The notes below the pieces were generated by a model. It worked only from the letters and a program-made list of their open reading frames with translations. It had not been told where the DNA came from and searched no databases. A DNA stretch of 64,000 bases, taken from contig OX597822.1 of NCBI GenBank assembly GCA_951406725.2, forward strand, positions 113,646,001 through 113,710,000. The letters are read 5' to 3'. The DNA is from Octopus vulgaris (taxonomy: Eukaryota). This document shows, one piece after another, positions 39,203 to 53,814 of this stretch. Position 1 is the first letter of the stretch, and each line of letters starts with the position of its first letter. Both the position numbers and the translations under genes were made by a program.

Positions 39203-40282
39203 GCCTAAAATTTAGAGTCTTCTCCTGCAGAGATTGACGAAAGAGAATATGTTTGTGATTTTGCTTTCGGACAAAGTTTATTTGTCCGAAATATTACTCA
39301 TCAACAAAAATATAGCAGCAAATATTTCACCCACAAGAAATTTTTTTTAAAATGAAAATATACAAAATGACATCTTTCACTCACAAACAACAGAAGCGAA
39401 TACTATTTAATTGTAAAGCAAAATGCTGATTTCAAATTTTGGAATAAGGCCAGTAATTTCAGTTGAAGGGATAAGTCGTTTACATCGACCCCCGTATTCA
39501 ATAAGTAATTATTTTATCGACCCCGAAAGGTTAAAGTCGACCTTGCAGCAATTCGTTCTCAGAACGTAAGACAGACTAAATGCCACTAAACATTTTACCA
39601 TACGGCAAATCCATAGGTAACAGATGTCTATGATACAGAAAGGGTTTGCTTAATACTAAAAGGGTCCTGTGAAACTTTCAAAAGAGATACAGTCCCAACT
39701 TTAACCAAATATGAGGAGACATTACTAACAGAGAAGGCATTTGAGATCTTTTAATCCAACCATTAACCCTTTCTACTATAGGCACAAGGCCTGAAATTGT
39801 AGGGGAGGGGTATAGTCGATTACATCGACCCCAGTGCGTAACTGGTACTTAATTTATCGACCCCGAAAGGAGGAAAGAAATCCAACCATTGACAGCATAT
39901 AAGCAATACATCAGCCAAGAATATTTATTTTCACGAGAAGATCCCTACAATGAACAAATGGAAAGGCACAAATGTCTACAGAATGGCAAAACTCCAAGAT
40001 AAACACAATGTCCCTGGTTCTTTCACCAAACACTAGTTTAATTCTGTTCCTCGACTTCGCTGTAAGTCTAGCCGAAGCCTTCAATTAAACGAACGTGTGT
40101 GTATACACGTAGCAGCAGTGTATGCAGCATGAGAAAATTCAGTTCCAGACCAAAGTGACTCATTAAAGAATCGCGTGAACGGTTTTTTTAATTTTCTGTG
40201 AAACCTTTTGCATTTACTGTCAATAGTGAGGACAACAACGAAATTCGAACTTTCAGACTTTATTTAGGTTCTGCCTTATATC

Positions 40283-40512
40283 TGTTTCTTTACTACCCAC
40301 AAGGGGTTAAACATAGAGGGGGACAAACAAGGACAGGCAAACGAATTAAGTCGATTGCATCGACCCCAGTGCGTAACTGGTACTTAATTTATCGACGCCG
40401 AAAGGATGAAAGGCAAAGTCGACCTCGGCGGAATTTGAACTCAGAACGTAACGGCAGACGAAATACGGCTACGTATTTCGCCCGGCGTGCTAACCATTCT
40501 GCCAGCTCGCCG
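40283..40512 (-). mobile_element. SINE family C, full length
   Basis: As 16786-17022. Further fragments at ~33480-33685, 38850-39045, 39430-39600 and 39770-39870. Confidence 0.85.
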
Positions 40513-42002
40513 CATTGTTCTTCGTTATATCACCACCAGAACACGGTTAATGATGAACACTTAAACAAAATGGCCAACCGCAACGGAAATTTTAAAAGTA
40601 CTCGGCCAAAATCAGTTACTTTTTTTTTTTTTTTTTTTTGCTGTCTTTACGAATAGGCTTGAACTGACATCCTTTTGACTCAATCCTTCTTTAAATGACT
40701 GCAAGCTGAACCACACACAATCATTGATGAAGATTAAAAATCATGAATAACAATTAACCCTCGTTCTTACCCTCTACCGGGTCATTCTTCTACTTAAAAC
40801 AATAGATCTTAGACTCATGTGATTTTTAGTGAATAAATATTTATTTGAAACTTTATTTATTTAGGTAGTTAGTTCCAGGCTACAAATTGCTAGCAATTAT
40901 TTATTGCTTACCCACCTATAATGATATATGATACATATCGCACCCACGCGTGCATGCACGCACACACACACATACACACACACGCACACACATACACACA
41001 CACGCATACACATATACACACACAAACAAACACACATGCATGCAGACACTCACACACACACACGCACTCACACACATACACACACACACACACAGAGGAA
41101 TATATGCTATCTTTCTAATTCACTTCCTCAAACATATACAAATATTTACCCCTTAAGCAGCCATTTCAATATGTCATGTGTCGACTGAAATAGCTAGACA
41201 TCTCTCTCGCACTTCATCGCTTCCAGCAATCTCCAGGAAAGTTTTCTAATTACTTGCACGGTTCCTTCTATTAGTTGTATTTCTTCCATAGATAAACATC
41301 ATATTAAGAAACGATCAAAACCACACACGTAATGGCTGTTGTTATTTCATCCAACAAATTTCTTAGCCTGTAGCCATTTCATAGGAGAAGCGAGGTTGGA
41401 AAGGACAAGCACACCTAAAATATCTCCAGGCATGCATAAGTGAATCAAGTCTAGGCTTCTTTATAAAAGTATACAAGGAGGCGAAAATATGTTCCCTCCT
41501 GAAAGTAGATGTACAGAAATATACACAGTAGACACATATATGTAAAAGAATATGTAATGCAATAATTAAATGTATGCGAATTCATTATTTTAAAGTTTTA
41601 TTTTCTTCGAAATTCACTTAGCAAATTAATAATTTTTGTGTAAAATGAATCCTGAAACTTCAACAAATAAAATTAGTCTACTAATCTGACATAGCAAATT
41701 TCCACTAAGGAGGTGAAATAATCAAATGTGTCTGGAGTTGTCACCCTGTCTGTCATAAATTAGACTATTCTTCATCTCCAATTTGTTAATAAATTCATAG
41801 CAAATTTGGTCCGCCAACTCATTTCAAATGATTTTGTTTTTAGTTTTATATTTGTGTGTCCACACCTTCATTTTATTAAACACTGTTCCACGTTTAACTC
41901 TCGATGTAAGTATAGCCTCCATTAATAAAAGTTATCGCGGTTGCCGCTTAAAATATACTAGTACTTAACTTCAATATTGATTAATTATATAAGTGTGAGT
42001 GC

Positions 42003-42303
42003 AGGCGCAATGGCCCAGTGGTTAAGGCAGCGGACTCGCGGTCGGACGATTGCGGTTTCGATCCCCAGACCGGGCGTTCTGCATGTTTATTGAGCGAAAA
42101 TACCTAAAAGCTCCACGAGCCTCCGGCGGGGAGTGGTGGCCCCTGTTGTACTCTTTCGCCCCAACTTTCTCTCACTCTTTCTTCCTGTTTCTTGAGTAAC
42201 GCTGCGATGGACTGGCGTCCCGTCCAGCTGGGGGGAACATATACGCCATAGAAACCGGGATAACAGGCCCATGAGCCTGGTTAAGCTTGAAAAGGGCGCA
42301 TAA
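42003..42303 (+). mobile_element. SINE family A (body type 3)
   Basis: Family A head followed by ctgcgatggactggcgtcccgtccag...gaaaccgggataa. Confidence 0.8.
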
Positions 42304-43394
42304 ATCAATAGGAAATAACAGTTGTTAATCAAGGACAAAAATCGTGTTACACAGTGCAATCAGCTGTATATGGCTTATCGAGGCCGTGTAGATGCAGGTT
42401 CAGAGGACGTGTCCTTGTACTTCAGTTAAGAATTATAAATTCTGAATGTGTGAGACTTTTAATTCATGGGGAAGAGGTAAAAAATGAGATTTAATTTATG
42501 GTTATCAATTAGTCGGATTTGAAAATTCGAACAAAAGTAAAATCGGTCTATCAACATCATATTTTGAATAAGGAATCATTTTAAAAATAAAAGTTTATTT
42601 TTAAAATAATAACAATGAGCTTCTTATATACAGTGTTCAGGAATACCACAACTGGTCGGAAAATTGTAAAAGAAGGGAAAGAAAGCAGCAATAAATTGAA
42701 TAATAATGAAAGCCAAAAGTACATGCAGAGTACACAGGATAAGAGAGGAAAAACAGGAGAGTGAACAGTAAACGAGCCTTAACGAGGGAAGAGTACATGG
42801 ATATTCCAGGTATAGAGTTGAGGAATAATTTCGTGAAGTATGGAATTTTGAAGAGCCAGTACATGGCTCTTCGGATAAAGCTGAAAGAATTGCTGATATA
42901 TTCGAACAATCTGGAAATTTTTTTTCTGAACACAAGTATAAGACATTCATTGTGGAAAGGAGTAAAATTTTGGTAGGAGGGAAAATATAGTGATCGATAA
43001 AATATACGGAAAGTTGAAGAAGAAAAAGAACAAGAACAAGAAGAAAAAGAAGAAGAACAACAACAACAACAAAAAGGTAGTGAATCACGAAAATTTATTC
43101 ATTTTTTTCCCCTGAGAATTTGATTGCATTGTAGCATAAAGGCAGAGTAAATAAGCTTTGTCCACTTGACCTGCAAAAAGTAAAGCCAAATCTCTTTTAA
43201 ATCCTACTCTTAAAAAAAAAAAAAGAAAGCATTCATATTAGATAGCATAGTCTTAGACGTTCTACCTAAAAGGGGATGGCCACGGCTTTGGTTTTAACAA
43301 AACAACAAAATAAGAGACAATGGGTTCCGTATTGTAACTATGGAGCCTAACGAAAGAAATAACGCATTAAAAATATAAAATACCTTTCCACATA

Positions 43395-43458
<64 letters not shown>

Positions 43459-43579
43459 GGTGGTGGTGGTGGTGGTGGTGGTGGTGGTGGTGGTGGTGGT
43501 GGTAGTAGTAGTAGTAGTAGTGGTGGTGGTGGTGGTGGTGGTGGTGGTAGTAGTAGTAGTAGTAGTGGTGGTGGTGGTG

Positions 43580-43629
<50 letters not shown>

Positions 43630-43630
43630 G

Positions 43631-43677
<47 letters not shown>

Positions 43678-43678
43678 G

Positions 43679-43727
<49 letters not shown>

Positions 43728-43729
43728 AG

Positions 43730-43773
<44 letters not shown>

Positions 43774-43790
43774 TGTTGTTGTAGTAGGTG
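43395..43790. repeat. Compound trinucleotide repeat with alternating (TAG)n/(TGG)n blocks
   Basis: Directly visible. Confidence 0.95.
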
Positions 43791-44437
43791 GTGGCGGCAA
43801 CGGCGAAAGGATTGTGAATATTGCTTTGTCATATCAAGGAGTCATCATCGACTCCGGATGGTTCTGTTCTTGTAGAAATATCCGCAGGGCTTTGTGTCCC
43901 TTTTTTTCTCTCGTGTCTTGCCTGCGTTATGTCATGACGGTGGAGTAGCTGCAACTTTCCTTGTGTCCGGCGGTGGAGTCAATGAGTACGATAGTTGTTC
44001 TTCCTGACGATCACGTGATATATTGAAGCACTCGTTCAGAAGCTACACAAAACGCCATTCTCCGAGTCAACAAACCTATATAATGTAAACAAAGAAAACA
44101 TTCAGAATTTATAATTCTTAACTGAAGTACAAGGACACGTCCTCTGAACCTGCATTTACACTGCCTTGATAAGCCATATACAGCGGATTTCACGATTTTT
44201 GTCCTTGATTAACAACTGTTATTTCCTATCTGCTAATCCACCAGAAAGTATAAAAATGGTTAATATTTCTTCCAAACTTCGCATTTGCTACATTTATTCA
44301 AACCCCAAAGAATCCCTCTCAACACATGGTTATGATGCTCATCCACTACCCCAGCTCATGATCAAAGAGGCACACATTGTCAGCCACTAAGGGACATACA
44401 AAAGTGGTTAAAGTCAAGCAACTGGCAAGTAAATCTG

Positions 44438-44662
44438 TGGCAGAAACGTTAGCACACCGGGCGAAATGCTTAGCTGTATTTCGTTTGCCGCTACGTTCTG
44501 AGTTCAAATTCCGCCGAGGTCGACTTTGCCTTTCATCCTTTCGGGGTCGATTAAATAAGTACCAGTTGCGCACTGAGGTCGATGTAATCGACTTAATCCG
44601 TTTGTCTGTCCTTGTTTGTCCCCTCTGTGTTTAGCCCCTTGTAGGTAGTAAAGAAATAGGTA
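44438..44662 (+). mobile_element. SINE family C
   Basis: tggcagaaacgttagc...gaaataggtatt. Confidence 0.85.
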
Positions 44663-44899
44663 TTGAGGAGAATATTTACTATAATGATATTTCTGCTTCA
44701 GCATTGAATCTGTCTGAAATGTAATGGAAAATAGGTCAGTTTCAAAACATTGATGTCAAGGTACAAAAGCAAAGTTTGAAGGGAACAGTAATCATTTCCT
44801 TTTGTTTCTAGATAGAAGCAAATAATAAATTTTAAAATTTGCCAGGAAAATCGTATAAAATGACAATGTTCGAAAAGATGTATATGTTTATATATTATA

Positions 44900-45293
44900 C
44901 TAGCAGTATCGCCCGGCGTTGCTCGGATTTGTAAGGGAAATAACTATATAAGCATTTTTAGAGATGTAAAGTATAATAGCCATCTCAATATGGCTAACCA
45001 CAAAGGGAGGGTGTTACTGTAGCTTTTTACGTTCTGAGATTTAATAATAAATTTTTAGAGAGTTACTTCCCTTATATATGCCAAAAATGCATTAAAAATG
45101 GGAAAAATTGATGGTAATTTTTTTTTAATCGTAGACTCATCGTAGACGCGCGCTAATACCCAGAAGGGCTCGATATGAATCACGACTATAAGATACCCGG
45201 TTTTGGTTAAACTGCACCGCAAAATGTGGGAGTAGTTAGGAATCTAAATCGTAGGAGACAGACAGCACACAACCTCACTTTTATATATAAAGA
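44900..45293 (-). mobile_element. Non-autonomous Helitron, subfamily 1
   Basis: Reverse complement of 10082-10478. Confidence 0.85.
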
Positions 45294-45667
45294 TATAAGA
45301 ATAAAAGTGAACAAAATATGCTTTAAAAACAAACATTTAACTTTCGGTTTTAATCCAAGAAATATCCTTCTCTGTTTTCAATGTTTCCATTATAGAAGCG
45401 AAGTTACTGGTGCTTGCTGCCATAATCCCACAGAACAGAATACAGCGTCAAATTTGTCAACACGTGCTTCCTCTCAGGTATAAGACTTTTCAAAGACTGC
45501 TCGGATTCGCTTGTTACTATGGCAACAGGCACGCTGGGAGAAAAAAGAGTTCTCATGTTCTGCTTCTTACTATCGAAACAGACATGAATATGTCTGTGGC
45601 TTCAAACTTTAATTGTTAATAACTCTTTATCTATTGATGTAGAGCGAAAATTACTTTCGCGTCATTA

Positions 45668-45736
<69 letters not shown>

Positions 45737-45738
45737 GT

Positions 45739-45776
<38 letters not shown>

Positions 45777-46052
45777 ATCTAGTTGAACTGATTCACAAAA
45801 TCAGCCCCCTTTAATTTTGTTCAGATTGCTTTCACTAAATATAAAATCAATTCGATCATAATTGATGCTGGCAGCCAAACCGATAAAACCCGAAAGGAAA
45901 TGACTACTAAAAAACATTAGCAGAAAACATTAGCCATTTTTCATAGTTTCTAGGGGTAAACAAATTGGAAATAACCGTTGCTAAACAAGGACAAAAATAG
46001 TTTTATGAAGTGTTATATTATGTGTGTGTGTGTGTGCGCATATATATTATAT

Positions 46053-46083
<31 letters not shown>

Positions 46084-46261
46084 GCATATAAAATATATAC
46101 ATAAGATATTAGATATGTACATATATACACGAGGGTACTACATGAGTACCTATATCGCTAATGATAGAAGGCAAAAAATATTTCTGTACCACCACCGAAT
46201 AGTCACAAACCTATTACAGACAAGATAGGAAAAATATCAGTGAACAATAATAATAATGTCT

Positions 46262-46455
46262 TACCTCAAATGGGTCAGAACAAGTAAATGCTGGTCAACT
46301 TGGTACCGGTTTCGAAATTTAGCGCCAAAGAGGTGCCTGGTTTCTCATCAGCCAAAGTCCGCCAACTAAATTACTACTAACATTCTATTTGGCACTAAAT
46401 TTCGAAACCGGTACCAAGTTGACCAGCATTTACTTTTTCTGACCCATTTGAAGTA
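46262..46455. repeat. Fold-back element with ~67-bp inverted arms
   Basis: 46262-46328 pairs with 46388-46455. Confidence 0.85.
46300..46355 (-). ncRNA. Canonical minimal type I hammerhead ribozyme
   Basis: Minus strand: ttgg-CTGATGA-gaaa...tttc-GAAA-ccgg-TA-ccaa; predicted cut after GUA (between 46304 and 46303). Confidence 0.8.
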
Positions 46456-47174
46456 TATATCTAATATTGTATGTATATATTTTATTAATTTGTCTGTACG
46501 GCTGATAATTCGCTTACCATTTGTGATGGTATTTTAATAATACCATCCCTATATTTATTTATGAATATAAATATATATATAGATGTGTGTGTGTGTGTGG
46601 ATTTAGTTGAACTGATTCACAAAATCAGCCCCCTTTAATTTTGTTCAGATTGCTTTCAATTCTGGTATATCGATCCAGCTCTGAGTTTTGGTTACGATCA
46701 ACCAATTACTTAATCACGTAAATTAAAGAATCTGATGTTATTTGGAATTAAAGTTGGGAAAATTTGGTTAATTTTAGCCAATCAACAGACAGTGAGGCAT
46801 GAACAGCTTGTTACCATGACAACCGCACGTTGTGTTGTGTTGATTCTTCACACCACGAGATTTACTTCACCCGCGTATTTTGTTTTAATAAAAATTTATA
46901 TTTATCAATTAGAATTTTATTATTTTTCGTCAAATGTCTTAATGTTTTACATATATTTCGTGTTTACATTCGTGGCAACGAATACCGTGCAGCTTAAATC
47001 CTATTGGCTACAAATACGCAGTCTTTCGATTTTGAATCTCTCTGACTTTTCCCTCCAATTTTTTCTCCACAACATCATGCCTTCATAGCAATAAGAGTGG
47101 AAAACTCCATTAATTTAGCCGATTTTCAGATTCTTAACTTCCTTTTAAAAGATGCAGATTTGTGAATCAGTTTA

Positions 47175-47226
<52 letters not shown>

Positions 47227-47228
47227 TA

Positions 47229-47592
47229 CAGATGTGGCTGTGTGGTAAGTTGCTTGCTTACCAAACCACATAGTTCCGGGTTCAGTCCCACTGCGTGGCA
47301 CCGTCGGCAAGTGTCTTGTGAGCGGATTTGGTAGACGGAAACTGAAAGAAGCCCGTCGTATATGTGCGTATGTGTGTGTGTCTGTATGTGTGTGTGTGTT
47401 TGTGTTTGTCCCCGCACCATCGCTTGACAACCGATATCGGTGTGTTTACGTCCCTGTAACATAGCGGTTCGGCAAAAGAGAGAGAGAGTATAAGTACTAG
47501 GCTTACAAAGTCTAAGTCCTGGGGTCGATTTGTTCGATTAAAGGCGGTGCTCCAGCATGGCTGCAATCAAGTGACTGAAACAAATAAAAGAA
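47229..47592 (+). mobile_element. SINE family B with internal deletion
   Basis: Head and tail as in 1245-1668. Confidence 0.8.
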
Positions 47593-47710
47593 TATATACA
47601 CAAACACACAAACTCATATACATGAATACAAGCACAAACAGGCATGTGTGTGTGTGTGTGTGTGTACTGACATACACACATGCTTCTCTACACACATTTA
47701 TACATGTGAC

Positions 47711-49346
<1,636 letters not shown>

Positions 49347-49771
49347 GAGGTATATACGTAGGTAGGTTGATATTTTGGTAGATTGACAGATGATATAAAT
49401 ATCTACTATCGCTGACAAACAAATATATAAATAAAATACTCATTCTGGACCCAATGTATGTGTTCATAACAGGCGCGTACAAGTTTTAGTGCCATGATAT
49501 AAACGTCTGCTACTGTAGGTGATATCGATATATATTTGTATCAACATTGCATATATCGCTCTTTGCTGATTGGAAATTATTATTGGAACTCGAAGAATAT
49601 GCATTCATGAATAATTATGGGTACATAAATAAAAATAATAATAAATAATAATAATATTGAAATTATTGTATACAGTGCTCAGGTGCACCACAACTTGTCA
49701 GAAAGTGCATATAAAGTGCAAATAAATATTCGTGTATACACACGTTTGTGTACATACACAAGTGTGCATGT

Positions 49772-50141
49772 GGAAGCGCAATGGCCAGTGGTCAGGGCAG
49801 CGGACGCGCGGTCGTAGGATCGCGGTTTCGATTCCCAGCCTGGGCGTTGTGAGCGAAAACACCTAAAAGCTGCACGCGGTTCCGGTAGGGGTGGTGGTGG
49901 CGAACCCTGTTGTACTCTTTCACCACAACTTTCTCTTTCTTCCTGTTTCTGTTGTACCTGTATTTCAAAGGGCCGGCCCAGTCACACTCTGTGTCACGCT
50001 GAATCTCCCCGAGATCTACGTTAAGGGTACGCATGTCTGTCGAGTACTCAGCCACTTGCACGTTAATTTCACGAACACGCTGTTCCGTGGATCGGATCAA
50101 TTGGAACCTTCGTCGTCGTAACCGACGGAGTGCCACGATAA
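49772..50141 (+). mobile_element. SINE family A (body type 4)
   Basis: Family A head; probable TSD gtgtgcat at 49762-49769 and 50143-50150. Confidence 0.8.
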
Positions 50142-50187
<46 letters not shown>

Positions 50188-50416
50188 ATCCAAACAAGAA
50201 AACACAGAAAAAAGGGAAAAAAAGAAAAAACACAGCAACGCAGGACCACCGTGATCACCGTGACCGACCAGGCCATCAGATGTTGCTACACATCGCTGGT
50301 CACAATGTGCTTCGCATTGTTTTAGCCTTCAAATGACGCCACCCCGCTGACTAAGCGAGCAGGCCAATATATGCGTGTGTGTGTGTGTGTCTGAGTGTGT
50401 ATTTATGCATATATAC

Positions 50417-50757
50417 TCCTTACTCTTTTACTCTTTTACGTGTTTCAGTCATTTGACTGCGGCCATGCTGGAGCACCGCCTTTAGTCGAGCAAATCGACC
50501 CCGGGATGTATTCTTTGTAAGCCCAGTACTTATTCTATCGGTCTCTTTTGCCGAACCGAGTCCCACTGCGTGGCACCTTGGGCAAGTGTCTTCTGCTATA
50601 GCCCCGGGCCGACCAATGCTTCGTGAGTGGATTTGGTAGACGGAAACTGAAAGAAGCCTGTTGTAGAAAGAAGCCAGGTGGTGCTATTAAGTTAGACATG
50701 GCCTGAGCCAATAATGGCCGAAACCTATCAAAGTATCAAAGTATCAAAGTATATATG

Positions 50758-50788
<31 letters not shown>

Positions 50789-50852
50789 TTGTGTGTCTGT
50801 GTTTGTCCCTCTAGCATCGCTTGACAACCGATGCTGGTGTGTTTACGTCCCC
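50417..50852. mobile_element. Rearranged SINE family B (inverted 5' part) with a nested LINE tail
   Basis: 3' part on minus at 50417-50558, 5' part on plus at 50559-50852; LINE tail with (tatcaaag)n at ~50676-50750. Confidence 0.75.
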
Positions 50853-51365
50853 ATATTTATACATATATATGTAATATGTAAGCATATGTATGCGTATGTA
50901 TATATGTATGTACGTACACGTATGTGGGTATGCGTGTCTGTGTCTGTATGTGTGTTTGTGTGTGTATGTTTATATGTGTGTAAATGTATAGTTTTCCGTG
51001 AGCTTTACTATGTTTGCGTGTGCATATGCGCTTGTGACATCTTGTATCGTTATTAGGCAAGCACTTCTACATTGCTAATTACATACATATGCACTCATAT
51101 AATCGCTATTCATTTACGCTAATATATTGGTTTTCATGCGCATACACACCCACAAAGCACTATCCGTATATCATTCCGATGGATTACCACTGTACACGCT
51201 AACAGCTATAATATATGTGTAAATAAATGTGAGTCTGACACATTTATATAAATATGCGTCTCTACGCGCCTTACTTCACACAACACATACTACTATTATA
51301 CCTGTCCCGCAGATTAAGAAGGCTTAACCATGTCTCCACTACACATCATGAAAAATAGCTAGAAC

Positions 51366-51680
51366 TTACTCTTTTACTCTTTTACTTGTTTCAGTCATTT
51401 GACTGCGGCCAAGCTGGGGCATCGCCTTGTGGAATTTTTAGATGAATGAATGAACTCTTTTTTTCAGCTTGGTTCTTATTCCATCGGCCTCTTTTGTCGA
51501 ACCACTAAGTTGTGTGTGTGTGTGTGTGTGTGTGTGTGACGGGTTTCTCTCTGTTTCCGTCTGCCAAATCCACTCGCAAGATTACAGTCGGCCCATGGTT
51601 TTCGTAGAAGACACATGACAAATGTGTCACGCAGTGGGACTGAACCCATAACCATGTGGTTGGGAAGCAAACATCTTACC
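51366..51680 (-). mobile_element. SINE family B, diverged
   Basis: Tail and head recognisable on the minus strand. Confidence 0.7.
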
Positions 51681-52044
51681 CACACACACGTTTGAAACTC
51701 AGTTACTTGTGTGTGATTGTGTGTGCTCGCGTGTGTGTGTGTGCGCGCGTGCGTGTGTGTGTGTGTGCGCGCGCGTGTGTGCGTGTGCGCGTGTGCGTGT
51801 GTGTGCGTGCATGTGCGTGTGTGTGTGCGTGCGTGTGTTTATGATTGTGTGTTTGTGTGTGTGCGTTAGTGTTGGTGTACATGTGAACTATACACACACA
51901 CACACATACATATATATATACGTACATACACACACACATATACACACACACACACACATATTAAACTAATACAAGTGTTTGTTGTTTATACGCCCGACTT
52001 CGTCTTTTGTTTTTTTTTAATTTGTAAATTATATATATCAATAA

Positions 52045-52427
52045 CTAGCAGTATCGCCCGGCGTTGCTCAGGTTTGTAAGGGAAATAACTATAAAGCATT
52101 TTTAGAGTTATAGCCAAAAAATAGCAAAAAAATGGAAAAAATGATGGTAAATTTTTTTTTTAGTGAAAAAAGGTGGAGTTGCGTCCCCTAGACAGTTTGC
52201 GGTTTGTGTTTCTGATTCTCGACCCCATGTCGAATTTATCGATTTTTTTTCAGAACTGGGGGAACTTTTCAAAATTTTTGCTGCGTTAGTTTTTTGAATT
52301 ATGACATTGGGCTATGTGTGTGTCAAGTTTCATCAGAATCGGTTGAAAGCCGTGGTCAGGGTGAGGGTACAAGCAAACAGACACACAGAAACACGCACAG
52401 ACAAACTGCCGTTTATATATATAGAGA
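52045..52427 (-). mobile_element. Non-autonomous Helitron, subfamily 2
   Basis: Reverse complement of 32216-32590. Confidence 0.85.
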
Positions 52428-52662
52428 TAAAAGGGTAAAATCAATTAATTATTAATTAATTTCACCAAGTAGTGTTCAGTATGTAAAAGGACCATTCAAG
52501 GTATATTCAAAATATTATGTTATATAATTAGGGCTCAGTAAAATAATTTACTTTACCACATACTGAAACTTTTAGAAATAGCAGCCAATGGTTTGTCTGA
52601 GATTACTCATATCAGACGGGTATGTTCAATTTTTAGTGCTTTCAAATCCAAATTAAGAAATG

Positions 52663-52724
52663 TTGAGCTGACGAAGGAAATGTTGAGTTTAAATTCAACT
52701 AATCCAGAAACGTAACGTTCTCAA
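52663..52724 (+). ncRNA. Canonical-core hammerhead ribozyme
   Basis: ttgag-CTGACGA-a-gga..gttga/tcaac..tcc-a-GAAA-cgtaacg-TT-ctcaa. Confidence 0.78.
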
Positions 52725-52914
52725 ATGATCTTTGTACATGTGATATTTTGTTGTTTTTCCCTCCATATCTACGTGAATTATTTTTGAGTAAACACTATAT
52801 GGGAGATTTTTCTTATAGTAGAAAAAATGGCTAAAAAAACTTTTTGGCTGCTATTTCTAAAAGTTTCAGTATGTGGTAAAGTAAATTATTTTACTGAGCC
52901 CTAATTATATAACG

Positions 52915-53004
<90 letters not shown>

Positions 53005-53182
53005 AGGGCCTAGTAAAATAAATTACTTTGCCACATACTGAACTCATTAGAAATAGCAGCTAAAGAAATTTCTTCAGCTATTTCTAATACTTAAAGAAGA
53101 TCTCTCTCAGATAGTGTTTGCCTAAACCAACTCACAAAGGTATGGGGGAAAAAACATTAAAAAATCAAGTGCAAAGGTTATT

Positions 53183-53234
53183 TGAGAACGTACGTTTCTA
53201 GATTAGTCAATTCGACATTTCTTTCGTCAGCTCA
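53183..53234 (-). ncRNA. Canonical-core hammerhead ribozyme (paralog of 52663)
   Basis: Minus strand: tgag-CTGACGA-aagaaatgtcgaattgactaatcta-GAAA-cgtacg-TT-ctca; palindromic stem III. Confidence 0.75.
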
Positions 53235-53753
53235 GAATTCCTTGAATCGGATTTGGGAACACTGAAAGTCGGGAGCATACCCTTTCGGCTTCTCATCACC
53301 TCTAGAATTCTGCTCGAACTAAAAGTGCTATCAAATCCGAATATGCAAGCGAAGAATTTCTGCTCTCCCCTTTCCACCAGCGTGGGTTAAAATTGACAAA
53401 CACCATGTATTAACGGTGAAAACCGCAGCATTTAACAGAGACAGATGAATTATAATTTCAACAATTGAGGGTAAAATTAATTAATTATTAATCAATTTCA
53501 CCAAGTATTCAGTATGTAAAGGGACCATTTTAGGCGAATTCAAAATATTACATTATATATAAGGGCTTAGTAAAATAAATTACTTTGCCACATACTGAAC
53601 TCATTAGAAATAGCAGCTAAAGAAATTTCTTCAGCTATTTCTAATATATATATTGATAAAAACGATGAGATAACAAAAGAAAGAGACCTCGATATTATGT
53701 AAATTGAGGAATTCATCTGTAAATGTAATATGTGACAATTATTCGGTAGCCAT

Positions 53754-53814
53754 GATAAAACTCCGAGTTTCGGATGCCGAGGTGGAAATCCACGCTACCA
53801 TCTCTTCAGTTATC
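53754..53814 (-). ncRNA. Canonical-core hammerhead ribozyme
   Basis: Minus strand: gataa-CTGAAGA-gatg..gtgg/ccac..catc-c-GAAA-ctcggag-TT-ttatc; partial inverted copy at ~54042-54094. Confidence 0.8.

Larger units (their letters stand above)
52430..53645. mobile_element. Two related Penelope-like pLTR insertions on either side of a (TA)n tract
   Basis: Inverted arms 52519-52588/52844-52913; direct repeat ~52998-53089/~53554-53646; shared end agggtaaaat at ~52432 and ~53468; one hammerhead in each. Confidence 0.75.

Noticed and set aside
42620-43000. Purine-rich, coding-like stretch
   Set aside because: Multiple stops and no identifiable family.
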